64,000 nt of DNA from Pecten maximus (GCF_902652985.1 NC_047015.1:17484001-17548000); one strand, 5' to 3'; shown: positions 1 through 14,900, counted from the first letter of the stretch. Translations and numbers: made by a program. The notes: a model not told the origin generated them from the sequence alone.

Positions 1-701
1 ATTTTTTATACTGATATTGGGAACCATGCATTTTGAAACTGTTGATTAATTTGAACGTATTTTATTGTTTATTTTTAACAACTTATAAAAGCCCTCTCCA
101 CAGATATATATTTCCAAGATCGTGATAGCGACACAGTATACTTATAATGATCATAAAGAAAAAAAGCAAAGAAGAATGACAGGAAGAAAGACATATCTAG
201 AGATCTAAGAGTAAGATGAATGTTGCCACATTAGGATATACTACAAAGTTGGGTTCATAAACTCACAAACACAATCTATTAATGGCAAATTGTGGTGTGC
301 TATTTATCTATTTCAGATATTGAATATAAATGTCATTTTTGCATTCATTGCTAGAATATATATAAGTTACATTTTACTTGGGAGGCCCTATGACCTTTCA
401 AGTGGAAACACGTATACTAGATCAGTTTACGCTGAATACAATATATCAAGTAAAACGTATGCTTGACTTGTACGGTGCTATTCAATGCTAGCTTCTAGCA
501 AAGTAATCTATAGTTCTGTTCATTATCAAACTTAAACTAATAAACTACCATTAATGTTTACCAAGTGTATATATATTCTATGTTCATTAATCTTTATCAT
601 TTGTTTTTTCTTTAACATATATGTGATTTGAATATTATTATGTCATGCTCTTCATTTTGAACAAAATAAAGGCAATAATAATGAAATTAATAATAAGAAG
701 A

Positions 702-770
702 ATCCACGTTCTTAAAAAGGAAAAACTTTTCAACGGTACAGTGATGGTTGGCCCGATACCCCGACATGAT
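702..770 (+). repeat. Dispersed repeat fragment, homologous to 47647-47711 (minus)
   Basis: atccacgttcttaaaaagga..tttcaacggtacagtgatggttggcccgataccccgacatgat versus atccacgttcttgaaatgga..tttcaatggcgcagtgatggtcggcccaatacccggacatgat. Confidence 0.7.
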
Positions 771-809
771 ACGCACCAAGACTGTATTTATTCAACTTCA
801 TTGTCAACA

Positions 810-2080
810 CAGCAGAATTTTAATTACACTGACCATATCTTTTTAGAGCAACACAACACTGATCATACATCTGTAGAGTTTTAATTACTCTGACTATATA
901 CCTCTGTAGAATTTTAACAACAAACCTGTAACACTGATCATACATCTGTAGATTTTTAATTACTCTGACTATATCTCTGTAGATTTTTAATTACTCTGAC
1001 TATATCTCTGTAGAATTTTAATTACTCTGACTATATCTCTGTAGATTTTTAATTACTCTGACTATATCTCTGTAGATTTTTAATTACTCTGACTATATCT
1101 CTGTAGAATTTTAAGTACTCTGACTATATCTCTGTAGAACTTTAATTACTCTGACTACATCTCTGTAGAATTTTTAATTACTCTGACTATATCTGTGTAG
1201 AACTTTAAGTACTCTGACTATATCTCTGTAGAATTTTAATTACTCTGACTATATTTCGGTAGAATTTTAATTACTCTGACTATATCTCTGTAGATTTTTA
1301 ATTACTCTGACTATATCTCTGTAGACTTTTAAGTACTCTGACTATATCTCTGTAGATTTTTAATTACTCTGACTATACCTCTGTAGAATTTTAATTACTC
1401 TGACTATATATCTATGTAAAACTTTAAGTACTCTGACTACATCTCTGTAGAATTTTTAATTACTCTGACTACATCTCTGTAGAATTTTAATTACTCTGAC
1501 TATATCTCTGTAGAGTTTTAATTACTCTGACTATATCTCTGTAGATTTTTAATTACTCTGACTATATCTCTGTAGAACTTTAATTACTCTGACTACATCT
1601 CTGTAGAATTTTTAATTACTCTGACTACATCTCTGTAGAATTTTAATTACTCTGACTATATCTCTGTAGAATTTTAATTACTCTGACTATATCTCTGTAG
1701 AATTTTAATTACTCTGACTATATCTCTGTAGAACTTTAATTACTCTGACTACATCTCTGTAGAATTTTTAATTACTCTGACTATATCTGTGTAGAACTTT
1801 AATTACTCTGACTACATCTCTGTAGAATTTTAATTACTCTGACTATATCTCTGTAGAATTTTAATTACTCTGACTATATCTCTGTAGAGTTTTAACAACA
1901 AACCTGTAACACTGACCATACCTCTGTAAGTTTTCACTTCACTGAACATACGTATGAAGAGGTTTTACTACACTGACCATACTTCTGTAAAGGTTTCACT
2001 TCACTGAACATACATCTGTACAGTTTTCGCTATAATGGCCATACCTCAGTAAAGTTTTTACTTCACTGAACATACCTCTG
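810..2080. repeat. Minisatellite, ~31-bp unit CTGACTATATCTCTGTAGAATTTTAATTACT (~33 copies) plus degenerate flanking copies
   Basis: Direct tandem repetition; related to the 33-bp array at 2440-2948. Confidence 0.95.
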
Positions 2081-2439
2081 TATCGTTAGACGGGTGTAAC
2101 CGTGCTGGCTTAGTGAATGTATTGTTGTGTATCATACCAACGTAAAAGTATTGTAAAATGTAATTCAGTAACTGTATATCACTTTAGGATGATTGTTTTA
2201 ATTTGAACAGTGTATGGATATTGGCTTTGAATAGTGTTGAGGAGTGTAGAAGATGAAGATGTGTGCTTTACTGTCAATCCTATCATTGTATTATTGTATT
2301 TCATATTGACCTCTTGCCGCGCACAATATAAAGTCCGCCTGAGTGAAATAAATAAATTGAATTGAATTTGTACAGTTTTCACTACAATGACCATACTTCT
2401 GTAGATTTTTAACTTCATTGACCATAACTAAATCGTAAC

Positions 2440-2960
2440 TAAACAGACCATACTTCTGTAAGTTTTGATAACTAAACTGACCATACTTCTGTAAGTTTTG
2501 ATAACTAAACAGACCATACTTCTGTAAGTTTTGATAACTAAACTGACCATACTTCTGTAAGTTTTGATAACTAAACAGACCATACTTCTGTAAGTTTTGA
2601 TAACTAAACAGACCATACTTCTGTAAGTTTTGATAACTAAACTGACCATACTTCTGTAAGTTTTGATAACTAAACAGACCATACTTCTGTAAGTTTTGAT
2701 AACTAAACTGACCATACTTCTGTAAGTTTTGATAACTAAACAGACCATACTTCTGTAAGTTTTGATAACTAAACTGACCATACTTCTGTAAGTTTTGATA
2801 ACTAAACAGACCATACTTCTGTAAGTTTTGATAACTAAACTGACCATACTTCTGTAAGTTTTGATAACTAAACAGACCATACTTCTGTAAGTTTTGATAA
2901 CTAAACAGACCATACCTCTGTACATTTTGATATCTAAACAGACCATACCTCTGTAAAGTT
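2440..2960. repeat. Minisatellite, 33-bp unit AAACAGACCATACTTCTGTAAGTTTTGATAACT (~15 copies), overlapping a GPCR exon 5' splice donor
   Basis: Tandem units, mostly alternating cagacc/ctgacc. The terminal unit is the true exon/intron junction at 2949/2948. Confidence 0.95.
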
Positions 2961-5900
2961 TTTCGTTTCTTCCTTTGTTCTGACAACATTTACAGTTTGA
3001 GCATACAGATTCCGTCCTTCTCTCCATTTCTTCTCTTGGAGAATAGCAACCTGAAAAATCCAGACAGTTGTTAAATTAACGATAGAAATGTTCGTGTTGG
3101 AGCTAAGGACGTTATTAGGGCGGCTTCGACAAAGTTTGTATGGGTGAATTTCACTTTGGTATAAGTTATTTAAAATGTGAATAGGGTTGAACTTGGTAAA
3201 TGGTCAAACATCCTCTTCGTCAGACTTAGATGTAATTTAAGCCTTGCAAGTGCTTTCAATTTCAATTAGTTGTAAAGTGCACTTATCACGTGACACCCAC
3301 CTCGTCCTGAGTATCCACCACGAGAGCCAGCAGGTCTATGACCGTGGCAACGTCTATGGGGTTTGTGTACACATTGTTTATGGTGTGGTTTAGCAATAAT
3401 TCCGCCAGGTAGAAGACAATGCTTTCGTTCAAGTCTGCTCCTTTAAAAGCTCTCTTAACCTACAACAAATGCAAAAAAAATGCATATATTGACGTCCTGG
3501 AAGTGTTGGCTGATGCGCCGCAATAGCTGTCCGGCCAGATCGATGAGGATGGCTTTGGCTAATTGATCAAATACATCGATTTTTCACGGAACAGCTAGTT
3601 CTCAGCAATTCGTCATTTTTTATCAACAAAGTGTCTGAACATTCGCTGTCACATGTCAGTATTAAGTTCAAGATAAATGTGGCTAGCTCTAAAAGCAGGA
3701 AAAGCAGAAGATTCCTTTACATGCAAATTGTACTAAGATTGGTTTGTACAGTCGATGTGATTCTCTACTAAACTTTGTAGCGGTGTATCGGTCTCGATGG
3801 CTTCTCTACGTTTACAATACACACCTGATGTATAGCAATGTCGTTGGCGGTGTAATATCACAGTATGAGCCAGCTATCCCCTCTAATCACATAGTTACAC
3901 CATGGCGGTGTAATATCACAGTGTAAACCAGCTATCCCCTCTAATCACATAGTTACACCATGGCGGTGTAATATCCCAGTGTAAACCAGCTATCCCCTCT
4001 AATCACATAGTTACACCATGGCGGTGTAATATCACAGTGTAAGTCAGCTATCCCCTCTAATCACATAGTTACACCATGGCGGTGTAATATCACAGTGTAA
4101 GCCAGCTATCCCCTCTAATCACATAGTTACACCATGGCGGTGTAATATCACAGTGTAAGCCAGCGATCCCCTCTAATCACATAGTTACACCATGGCGGTG
4201 TAATATCCCAGTGTAAGTCAGCTATCCCCTCTAATCACATAGTTACACCATGGCGGTGTAATATCACAGTGTAAACCAGCTATCCCCTCTAATCACATAG
4301 TTACACCATGGCGGTGTAATATCACAGTGTAAACCAGCTATCCCCTCTAATCACATAGTTACACCATGGCGGTGTAATATCACAGTATGAGCCAGCTATC
4401 CCCTCTCATCACATAGTTACACCATGGCGGTGTAATATCACAGTGTAAGCCAGCTATCCCCTCTAATCACATAGTTACACCATGGCGGTGTAATATCCCA
4501 GTGTAAGCCAGCTATCCCCTCTAATCACATAGTTACACCATGGCGGTGTAATATCACAGTATGAGCCAGCTATCCCCTCTAATCACATAGTTACACCATG
4601 GCGGTGTAATATCCCAGTGTAAGTCAGCTATCCCCTCTAATCACATAGTTACACCATGGCGGTGTAATATCACAGTGTAAACCAGCTATCCCCTCTAATC
4701 ACATAGTTACACCATGGCGGTGTAATATCACAGTGTAAACCAGCGATCCCCTCTAATCACATAGTTACACCATGGCGGTGTAATATCACAGTGTAAACCA
4801 GCTATCCCCTCTAATCACATAGTTACACCATGGCGGTGTAATATCACAGTGTAAGCCAGCTATCCCCTCTAATCACATAGTTACACCATGGCGGTGTAAT
4901 ATCACAGTATGAGCCAGCGATCCCCTCTAATCACATAGTTACACCATGGCAGTGTAATATCACAGTGTAAGCCAGCTATCCCCTCTCATCACAGTTACAC
5001 CATGGCGGTGTAATATCACAGTGTAAGCCAGCTATCCCCTCTAATCACATAGTTACACCATGGCGGTGTAATATCCCAGTGTAAGCCAGCGATCCCCTCT
5101 CATCACAGTTACACCATGGCGGTGTAATATCCCAGTATGAGCCAGCGATCCCCTCTCATCACAGTTACACCATGGCGGTGTAATATCACAGTGTAAGCCA
5201 GCTATCCCCTCTAATCACATAGTTACACCATGGCGGTGTAATATCACAGTATGAGCCAGCTATCCCCTCTCATCACAGTTACACCATGGCGGTGTAATAT
5301 CCCAGTGTAAGTCAGCTATCCCCTCTAATCACATAGTTACACCATGGCGGTGTAATATCCCAGTGTAAGCCAGCGATCCCCTCTAATCACATAGTTACAC
5401 CATGGCGGTGTAATATCACAGTATGAGCCAGCGATCCCCTCTAATCACATAGTTACACCATGGCGGTGTAATATTACAGTATGAGCCAGCTATCCCCTCT
5501 CATCACAGTTACACCATGGCGGTGTAATATCACAGTGTAAGCCAGCTATCCCCTCTCATCACATAGTTACACCATGGCGGTGTAATATCACAGTATGAGC
5601 CAGCTATCCCCTCTCATCACATAGTTACACCATGGCGGTGTAATATCACAGTATGAGCCAGCTATCCCCTCTAATCAAAGTTGTCATTTCCTCATTATAC
5701 ACCCTTTGAACGCCTTCTCACCGGAATCAACCTGACATTAAACGGGAAACAATCGATACTGTTGAAATTGGGGACAGCATTTTAAATTGGGGACAGCATT
5801 TTAAATTGCAATTGGAAAATTGGATTGAACTTCGTCGCAATGACTTGCATCATGTATTCATGACAACCGTACCAGTCCATCGTCCCCTCCGGTATCAGCA

Positions 5901-8900
5901 GCAGGCTGGTGGAGAATAATTTGATAGAATTTCTGTTTGTAGCACCAGTTTGTATTTATCAACAAACGCGAGACTCACTTTGTCTTTGATTTCCATCAGG
6001 TCCTTGGAGATACACTTGTCTATGAAAGGCTTTCCCCATATCCCGTCATTCTGTTTGGTCTGGTCACATAGTCTGGTGGCGTTTTCTGTGCCAACATATA
6101 CCAATAGTCATTGTACCCGTCTTCACACACACACAAATATGATACTGAAACATTATATAAACTGGCAACATAACTTGTAGCTACAGGTTTTGAAGCAGAT
6201 ATCGGTGTACTCACTTTCCTACAAAATGCTTCTTCGATGAAGAGTTATGCATGACAGTCCTGTTTCGATTTGGTGTTTAGAAATAATTAATTATAGGATG
6301 ATGACTGAGAGCTTATGTACGAAAAGCATACACGACACAAAATGATAGTGATAGCAGTCGGCACCAAATAAACAAATCATTGAGTTTAACTTTATAAACG
6401 AGCTGTGAAAATGTGTTGTTATACTATACCACTAGTTGTATGAGTGTCATGTCTCCTCTGGTTTTTATTGGGAAATGTACGGTATAAACTACAGTATAGA
6501 ACCCACCCACTGTGTCGTTGGTAGCCTCCATGTGTTCCTGGCCAGGACATGACACGTTGAGATAATTGACAGCTTTCGTCCGTTCCCAAACGATGTTTTC
6601 AACAATGACCTTGTTGCATTGTGCACCTGCAAATTGAAACAAGTAAGAACTGCTGGAAGTAAACCTCGACTGGCACACGTCGGAAACTCTAAATGACTTA
6701 AAACAAAGACTTTACTTTACAAAGACTTAACAAACATATAGAACGGTCATCAGGCCAGCTTACACCCGACATTTCTTGTTCTGCCCTAACACGTACTAAT
6801 ACACAGTTGAATCGACTTGAACACAGGATACAATACAGCGCCCGTACCGGGATTCGAACTAACGACCCTTCGGTCACGTAGCCCTGCTTCCTACCACTTA
6901 ACGCATGTAAGTTTATGCAGAGTTAAGAGTTAGTTTATAAAACAATATTGTTATTGACATCCGAGTGTTTATAAGCTTATAGAACTATTTTAATGCAAAA
7001 ATGTTAAAACTTTAAGTAAATTTGGTAAATTTTTTATGCAAGCAACAGATAAAAGAAAATGTCTTATGAATCTGTATTTACAGTACTTTCGTAGTTAGTG
7101 ATTATATAAAGTTCGTTCATTCAATTTAATTGTATTTAGTAATAATGTAAGGAATTATCCTCCGCCATCTTGAGATGTACGTTCAGTATGATAACTGTAT
7201 TATGTATTTGTATAACCTATATGCTGTATTGCATTTGGTAAATAATTAAAAAAAAAACATGAAGTAACATTTACCTATAGTTAAACTGCAGTGCTTGTTA
7301 CACGTGACCGCCTCCTCTTCAGCTGTTTTACATTTCTCTTCTGGAAAATAAACTCTGACATTAGATTCCGTAATTACTCCTTCATTCACTGATGTCATAA
7401 CGGTCATCATCAATTAATGTCAAACTTAAGATGAAATTAATCTCAAAATAATACTTTTTTTTGCATTTGCTTATAACCATACCAAACGCCATACATTTTA
7501 TATACCTATATATAGAGGAACAGTTGCGTACACCACTCTCAAAAGTTTATAAAATTGTTTTTTTCGAATAGATTGCTTCCATGGCCTACATTGATATGAT
7601 TTCGTTTAACTAGTTATACATTTAATAAAGTAATAAAATGAATAAGAAACAAATGATAATATTAGCATAGAAAAGAAAATGTAAAGTTGCAAAATTACTT
7701 TTTTTTTTACTATGAAACAAATCTCATAAAAATCCGTGCAGCGCTTTCCTATACATATCTCGATAGTGGAAAGTTGACTAGATTGTAAGAGAGTTCGTTA
7801 TAGTGTATCAGTCTGTAGTCAGATCACAAGTCTACCGTCGTTTAACAGTCAACATCCAGCCTGGTATCTGATGGAGACTCCCGAGATGACGCCATAAATC
7901 GGTCAATAATACTTGGGTATTGATTTTTAACCATCGATGATTCAATAAACACTCGGAGAGATAAGAAAGATTGGCGTTACAGACGAGATAAGGGGCAACA
8001 ATGATTGGCCGGCGGAAAACCAGCATGTCTTAACGGCTATATTACAAAGATTACGACTTATTGGGAAGGGTTAAATAGTTCCTCGAAACACGGGCAACAG
8101 GAAGAGAAGGCAAATTAGATAAAACATATACCTCAAGGCGACGGGACATCCCCAAATTGAAGCACAGCTTTCGCGATTTGAATTTTGTGTAAGTCCTAAG
8201 AAGTTTCAAGATGGAGGGGATAACAAAGAACCTCTATATCATCAGCTGTAACGATCACTAGGGAATGGTAACAATGACCAGGCCAGGTAGTATAAATAGT
8301 TAGTTTCTGTGTAGGATTCGGAGGTCCAGGTTACTGTACTGGTTAGGTAGTATAAATAGTTAGTGTCTGTCTAGAATTCGGAGGTCCCGGGACTGTACTG
8401 GTTAGGTAGTATAAATAGTTAGTGTCTGTCTAGAATTCGGAGGTCCCGGGACTGTACTGGTTAGGTAGTATAACTAGTTAGTGTCTGTCTAGAATTCGGA
8501 GGTCCCGGGTACTGTACTGGTTAGGTAGTATAAATAGTTAGTGTCTGTCGGTCCAGGTTACTGTACTGGTTAGGTGGTATAAATAGTTAGGTAGTATAAA
8601 TAGTTAGTGTCTGTCTAGAATTCGGAGGTCCAGGTTACTGTACTGGTAAGGTAGTATAAATAGTTAGGTAGTATAACAAGTTAGTGTCTGTCTAGAATTC
8701 GGAGGTCCAGGTTACTGTACTGGTTAGGTAGTATAAATAGTTAGTGCCTGTCTAGAATTCGGAGGTCCAGGTTACTGTACTGGTTAGGTAGTATAAATAG
8801 TTAGGTAGTATAAATAGTTAGTGTCTGTCTAGAATTCGGAGGTCCCGGGTACTGTACTGGTTAGGTAGTATAAATAGTTAGTGTCTGTCTAGAATTCGGA

Positions 8901-11900
8901 GGTCCCGGGTACTGTATACTGGTTAGGTAGTATAAATAGTTAGTGTCTGTCTAGAATTCGGAGGTCCAGGTTACTGTACTGGTTAGGTGGTATAAATAGT
9001 TAGGTAGTATAAATAGTTAGTGTCTGTCTAGAATTCGGAGGTACCGGGTACTGTATACTGGTTAGGTAGTATAAATAGTTAGGTAGTATAAATAGTTAGT
9101 GTCTGTCTAGAATTCGGAGGTCCAGGTTACTGTACTGGTTAGGTAGTATAAATAGTTAGGTAGTATAAATAGTTAGGTGGTATAAATAGTTAGGTGGTAT
9201 AAATAGTTAGTGTCTGTCGGTCCAGGTTACTGTACTGGTTAGGTGGTATAAATAGTTAGTGGCTGTCTAGAATTCGGAGGTCCCGGGTACTGTACTGGTA
9301 AGGTAGTATAAATAGTTAGGTAGTATAAATAGTTAGTGTCTGTCTAGAATTCGGAGGTCCCGGGTACTGTACTGGTAAGGTAGTATAAATAGCTAGGTAG
9401 TATAAATAGTTAGTGTCTGTCTAGAATTCGGAGGTCCAGGTTACTGTACTGGTTAGGTAGTATAAATAGTGAGTGTCTGTATAGAATTCGGAGGTCCCGG
9501 GTCAACGTTTGGCAGAGTTGCATGTTCTATCTGCCTTCACCAACAAAATAGATATTGTTGTCACAAAAATGTCTCCCTCGCGTGAAATATTTGTATCATG
9601 TTTAATAAGCTTTGGACATCAATATTACACGCATACACCGTATTGTTATCTTAGCACAATAACTGTAATCTTGGATGACGTTATATACATTATGATTATC
9701 TGTAGACTCACACCAATACATATCTAAAGTTCAGTTAGAATCGGATGAGAAATTTGGTAGAAACTTGAATGATATCTTAAAGATGCTACACCTCCGACAG
9801 AGTGTAATAATTTTTTATTATTTTGACAATAAATGAAATTCAGTCCATGTATATATGCCTATTTAAGACCTACAAACAAAAAAAATTTATACCGTCAAAA
9901 ATTGTCGTAATGAAGCCAAGAAGCTACGAACTTTTGAACATTATAATCTACTTTGCATACACTTGACCTTGAATCGCAGTGCATTCTGGGAGAAATTTAC
10001 ATACAGAAGAAAACACACATGGTGGAGTTATTTTTATTCAGCTTGGACAACAATATATTGCCTGTTGCCTATCATAACTACAGATTTTAATTGCGAATTT
10101 TTAATGCAAGCAGAAAATAAAAACTAAAACATTTCAATATTATCCGTTGCGAAAAATCACGATCCTGTGCATGTTGTCGCCCACGAACCGAAACGCTTTC
10201 TTAGCGTTATCCCCTTCGGACCTATTTCGCTGGATTGATACAAGTGTGATTTATCAACAGGTTTAAGCTGATGAACTATAAATAGTGAATCTGCAATCAC
10301 TACATATCACAAAAGAAATCTTAACCATTGATTCAATCGCATCATATGCTTACAGTTTTCAGTAAAGATGACAACAGACCGAACGTTACACTACGTACGT
10401 GTGTACGTTACACACTTGCCTCTCCAATAAAAACTCAACTGTGTCATTTCCGCATGAGTTCCGATTCCGTTGTCGTTTATAATTCCACCTATCTGTTCTC
10501 CGATTGAAATCTTCCCTTTCTTCGTTCTCTTTCATAATCTAATTTATGCTTCCTTCTTTCTGGAGATGTTAGGCTTGCACATGTTACCTTCCTCGCTTCG
10601 CCATGTGGTTCCTACTCGTTTGTGTTTCTGTTTTCGGCGCATGCGCAATCAGTATTTCATTCAATATGGAGGCGGAGCGAAATGGAATTTCTTCGGGACG
10701 CAAATAATTATTTTATTTTTTCTAATTTTAAAGATAAATAAGAAGATGAAACTTTCCGAGGGTGGTAATATTGTTAAGTGTGTAACTTTTATTGCTGAAG
10801 AAAAATACATACGAATCTATTCGTGTTTTTAATTGATAAAAAATACGGTCTGTCGAAGGTGTAGCACCTTTAAAATAACAGATCACATGACCTTTGACCT
10901 GTTGACCCGAAAAGCAATCCCATGTCACCATTCCACACAGGCAACCTGTTTACTCTATATGGTCATGATTGTCCTATAAGAACATAAAACCAAAGTGTTA
11001 CTGTTATACTATCGTTATATTAGTACATGTACGTCGTGACATTTGACATTCAAAACTGAAAATCAATACCTTGTTTCCCCTTCACAAAAAGTAATGTGTG
11101 GCGCCTGATCGACCAAGAAAAGATAGAACTTATATGGCACCGAAACCAAAGCTGACAGTCTGAGATAGATGGACAGTCGAACAACTTTTCTTCCCCCATT
11201 AACCGACAAAACTTATAAGACTGTGACGGTGGAGGAACCCGGGCCAGTGACGACACTGATTAGGCTCTGACGGGGTGGAACCCAGGCCAGTGACAACACT
11301 GATAAGGCTCTGACGGGGTGGAACCCAGGCCAGTGACAACACTGATAAGGCTCTGACGGGGTGGAACCCAGGCCAGTGACAACACTGATAAGGCTCTGAC
11401 GGGGTGGAACCCAGGCCAGTGACAACACTGATTAGGCTCTGACGGGGTGGAACCCAGGCCAGTGACAACACTGATAAGGCTCTGACGGGGTGAAACCCAG
11501 GCCAGTGACAACACTGATAAGGCTCTGACGGGGTGGAACCCAGGCCAGTGACAACACTGATAAGGCTCTGACGGGGTGGAACCCAGGCCAGTGACAACAC
11601 TGATAAGGCTCTGACGGGGTGGAACCCAGGCCAGTGACAACACTGATAAGGCTCTGACGGGGTGGAACCCAGGCCAGTGACAACACTGATAAGGCTCTGA
11701 CGGGGTGGAACCCATGCCAGTGACAACACTGATTAGGCTCTGACGGGGTGGAACCCAGGCCAGTGACGACACTGATAAGGTTCTGACGGGGTGGAACCCA
11801 GGCAAGTGACGACACTGATTAGGCTCTGACGGGGATGGAACCCAGGCCAGTGACGACACTGATAAGGCTCTGAGGGGGTGGAACCCAGGCCAGTGACGAC

Positions 11901-14900
11901 ACTAATAAGGCTCTGACGGGATGGAACCCAGGCCAGTGACGACACTGATAAGGCTCTGACGGGGTGGAACCCGGGCCAGTGACGACACTGATAAGGCTCA
12001 GACGGGGTGGAACCCAGGCCAGTGACGACACTGATAAGGCTCTGACGGGGTGGAACCCGGGCCAAGTGACGACACTAAGTAGGCTCTGACGGGGGTGGAA
12101 CCCGGGCCCAGTGACGACACTGATAAGGCTCAGACGGGGTGGAACCCAGGCCAGTGACGACACTAAGTAGGCTCTGACGGGGTGGAACCCAGACCAGAGA
12201 CGACACTGATTAGGCTCTGACGGGGATGGAATTGGAACCCAGGCCAGTGACGACACTGATTAGGCTCTGACGGGGGTGGAACCTGGGCCAGTGACGACAC
12301 TGATTAGGCTCTGACGGGGACGGAACCCGGGCCCAGTGACGACACTGATTAGGCTCTGACGGGGACGGAACCCGGGCCCAGTGACTACACTGATTAGGCT
12401 GTGACGGGGATGGAACCCAGGCCAGTGACGAGACTGATTAGGCTGTGACTGGGGTGACACCCGGGCCAGAGACGACACTGATTAGGCTGTGACGGGGGTG
12501 GAACCCAGGCCCAGTGACTACACTGATTAGGCTGTGACGGGGCTGGAACCCGGGCCAGTGACGACACTGATTAGGCTGTGACGGCAGCTATTTGCTCTTT
12601 ATTTTGGTTACTCCTTTCATAACGTTTGATGTGTATTACACACGTAATTACCTATTTCGATGTGTATTAGACACGTAATTACCTATTTCGATGTGTATTA
12701 GACACGTAATTACCTATTTCGATGTGTATTGTACGCGTAATCAATATTTCGATGTGTATTACACACGTAATTACCTATTTCGATGTGTATTACACACGTA
12801 ATTACCTATTTCGATGTGTATTAGTATTACACACGTAATTACCTATTTCGATGTAGCACACACGTTATTACCTATTTCTATGTAGCACACACGTAATTAC
12901 CTATTTCGATGTGTATTCGGACTAACTATCTATTTACTGTTTCTGATAGATCACACGAAATTTGTAGTTATTGATGAAATTTCTCACCTAAAACACCTAA
13001 GATTGAATACATTGTATTATAAAAACTGACTAGAAAATAAAACTCTGCTTATCTGAAAAACATATTTCTGAAGTAACAAAATTGAAATATCTTGAAATCT
13101 TGCTTATTTTTGTGGTGGTTTGATATAAGAAATATCAAACAACTCTGTAGTTCTGATAAACAAAACTCATTTCTTTCTTTCCTATTTCATACAAAGTAAC
13201 ACTCTCTTACTTCTCACTTATTATATTATTATTTCTTTCATATTGTTTATATGTCTTACTACAATGTATTTTTTCTTGCTCATATTTAAAAGATATTTAC
13301 AACATTACAAGTATATATAATAAAAGATAATAATATAAAGATAGAAACGTTGTCTTGAATTGAAAAAAAAAGTAAAAAAAAAAAAACAATCTCTTAAAAG
13401 TAAATTTTAAACAAACTGCCACGTCGACAAGACACATAATTGATTAATAAGTGGAAATTCCTGTTTAATTTGTCACTTTAACTGGGTTTTATAAGGCATC
13501 GATCGACTACATATATAGGTCACATAAATAAACAAGAGGCCCATGGGCCTTAACGGTCACATGAGATTTGAAATATTTCAGTTAATTAAATTGACCCTTT
13601 TTGGCCCCACCCATCAGCCCCTGGGGGTCAGTCAAGGCTAACATGTGTATACCAACAAACTGTTATCTCTGGCTATGATTAATAATGTTAACAAAGTTAG
13701 AATGAATTCCAATAGAAATCCAACAAATCATAGTCAAAAATGTGATTTCCCTATATAAACTATAGTAATGTGTATCCCCTCCCCAGGGGTAAACGTGAGA
13801 AACCAGGGTCATGAAATTCACAATTTTGGTAAAGTACCTTAGGACCCTTTCATCTTTCATCTATGAAGAGTGTTTGATTCCACCATGAAGATTTTTGAAA
13901 TCTCAGTCAATATGACCCTTTTTGGCCCCGCCCCTCAGGCCCCTGGGGGTGTGGACCATATAATTAAAAATTTTGGTTGACCTTTAACCATAGAAGTTTC
14001 CTGTCAAATTTCATCAAATTTGGTTCAGCGCTTTTGGAGAAGAAGTCGAAAATGCAAATTGGTTACGGACGCACGACGGACGTCGCACGACGCACGAGGC
14101 ACGACGACGGACAAAGGGCGATTAGAATAGGTCAATTGAGACTTCGTCTCAGGTGACCTAAAAAAATTATTCTCGTGGTTGGGGTGCTGGGTGGTGGGGG
14201 GAGGGGGTCAGATATTCTTTCTCTAGTTGTACATATATGGCCTCACACATTAATTGTGGGTAAAGATTGATACTTAACAAGAGTCATTGACCGTTGACCG
14301 TAGACCGTAGACCGTACCCACGACCTCCAACCGGAATCAATTTTGTTCGTTACGCTGTAGTGTAGACACGTTGTCTCACGTATGCTTGCCGTCCGTTACG
14401 ACGTAGACATTTGTCTCACAAATTCATGTCGTCCGTTACGCTGTAGACACGTTGTCCCACATATCCTTGTCGTCCGTTACGCTGTAGACACGTTGTCTCA
14501 CGTATCCTTGTCGTCCGTTACGCCATAGACACGTTGTCCCACGTATCCTTGTCGTCCGTTACACCGTAGACACGTTATTCCACGGATCCTTGTCGTCCGT
14601 TACGCCGTAGACACGTTGTTCCATGTATCATTGTCGTCCGTTAAACCGTAGACACGTTATTCCACGTATCCGTGTCGTCCGTTACGCCGTAGACACGTTG
14701 TTCCACGTATCCTTGTCGTCCGTTACGCCGTAGACACGTTTTCTTACGTATCCTTGCCGTCTGTTACGCCGTTGACACGTTGTCCCATGTATCATCGTCT
14801 TACACATGCTTACACACAGGTGTGCGGCTATAGCCTATAGAACTACAAGTCTAAAAATGGAGACATGATTTTGTAAGGAAAAAAGTAACAGAGCATTCCA

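Noticed and set aside
2291-3027. 232-aa and 199-aa minus-strand ORFs
   Set aside because: Intronic 33-bp repeat; the true exon frame is the third one and stops just after the donor.
5700-5733. Possible GPCR micro-exon (cag|gttgattccg..)
   Set aside because: The flanking exons already join in phase 0, and the candidate donors give the wrong phase.
6835-6900. tRNA gene
   Set aside because: A B-box is present, but I cannot fold a complete cloverleaf with an acceptor stem; better explained as a SINE head.
8360-9500. Cloning-vector polylinker contamination
   Set aside because: The sites are embedded in a naturally diverging tandem array with no vector backbone.
3846-12585. Hairpin-containing regular repeats as CRISPR arrays
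   Set aside because: No unique spacers, no cas genes, eukaryotic intron context.
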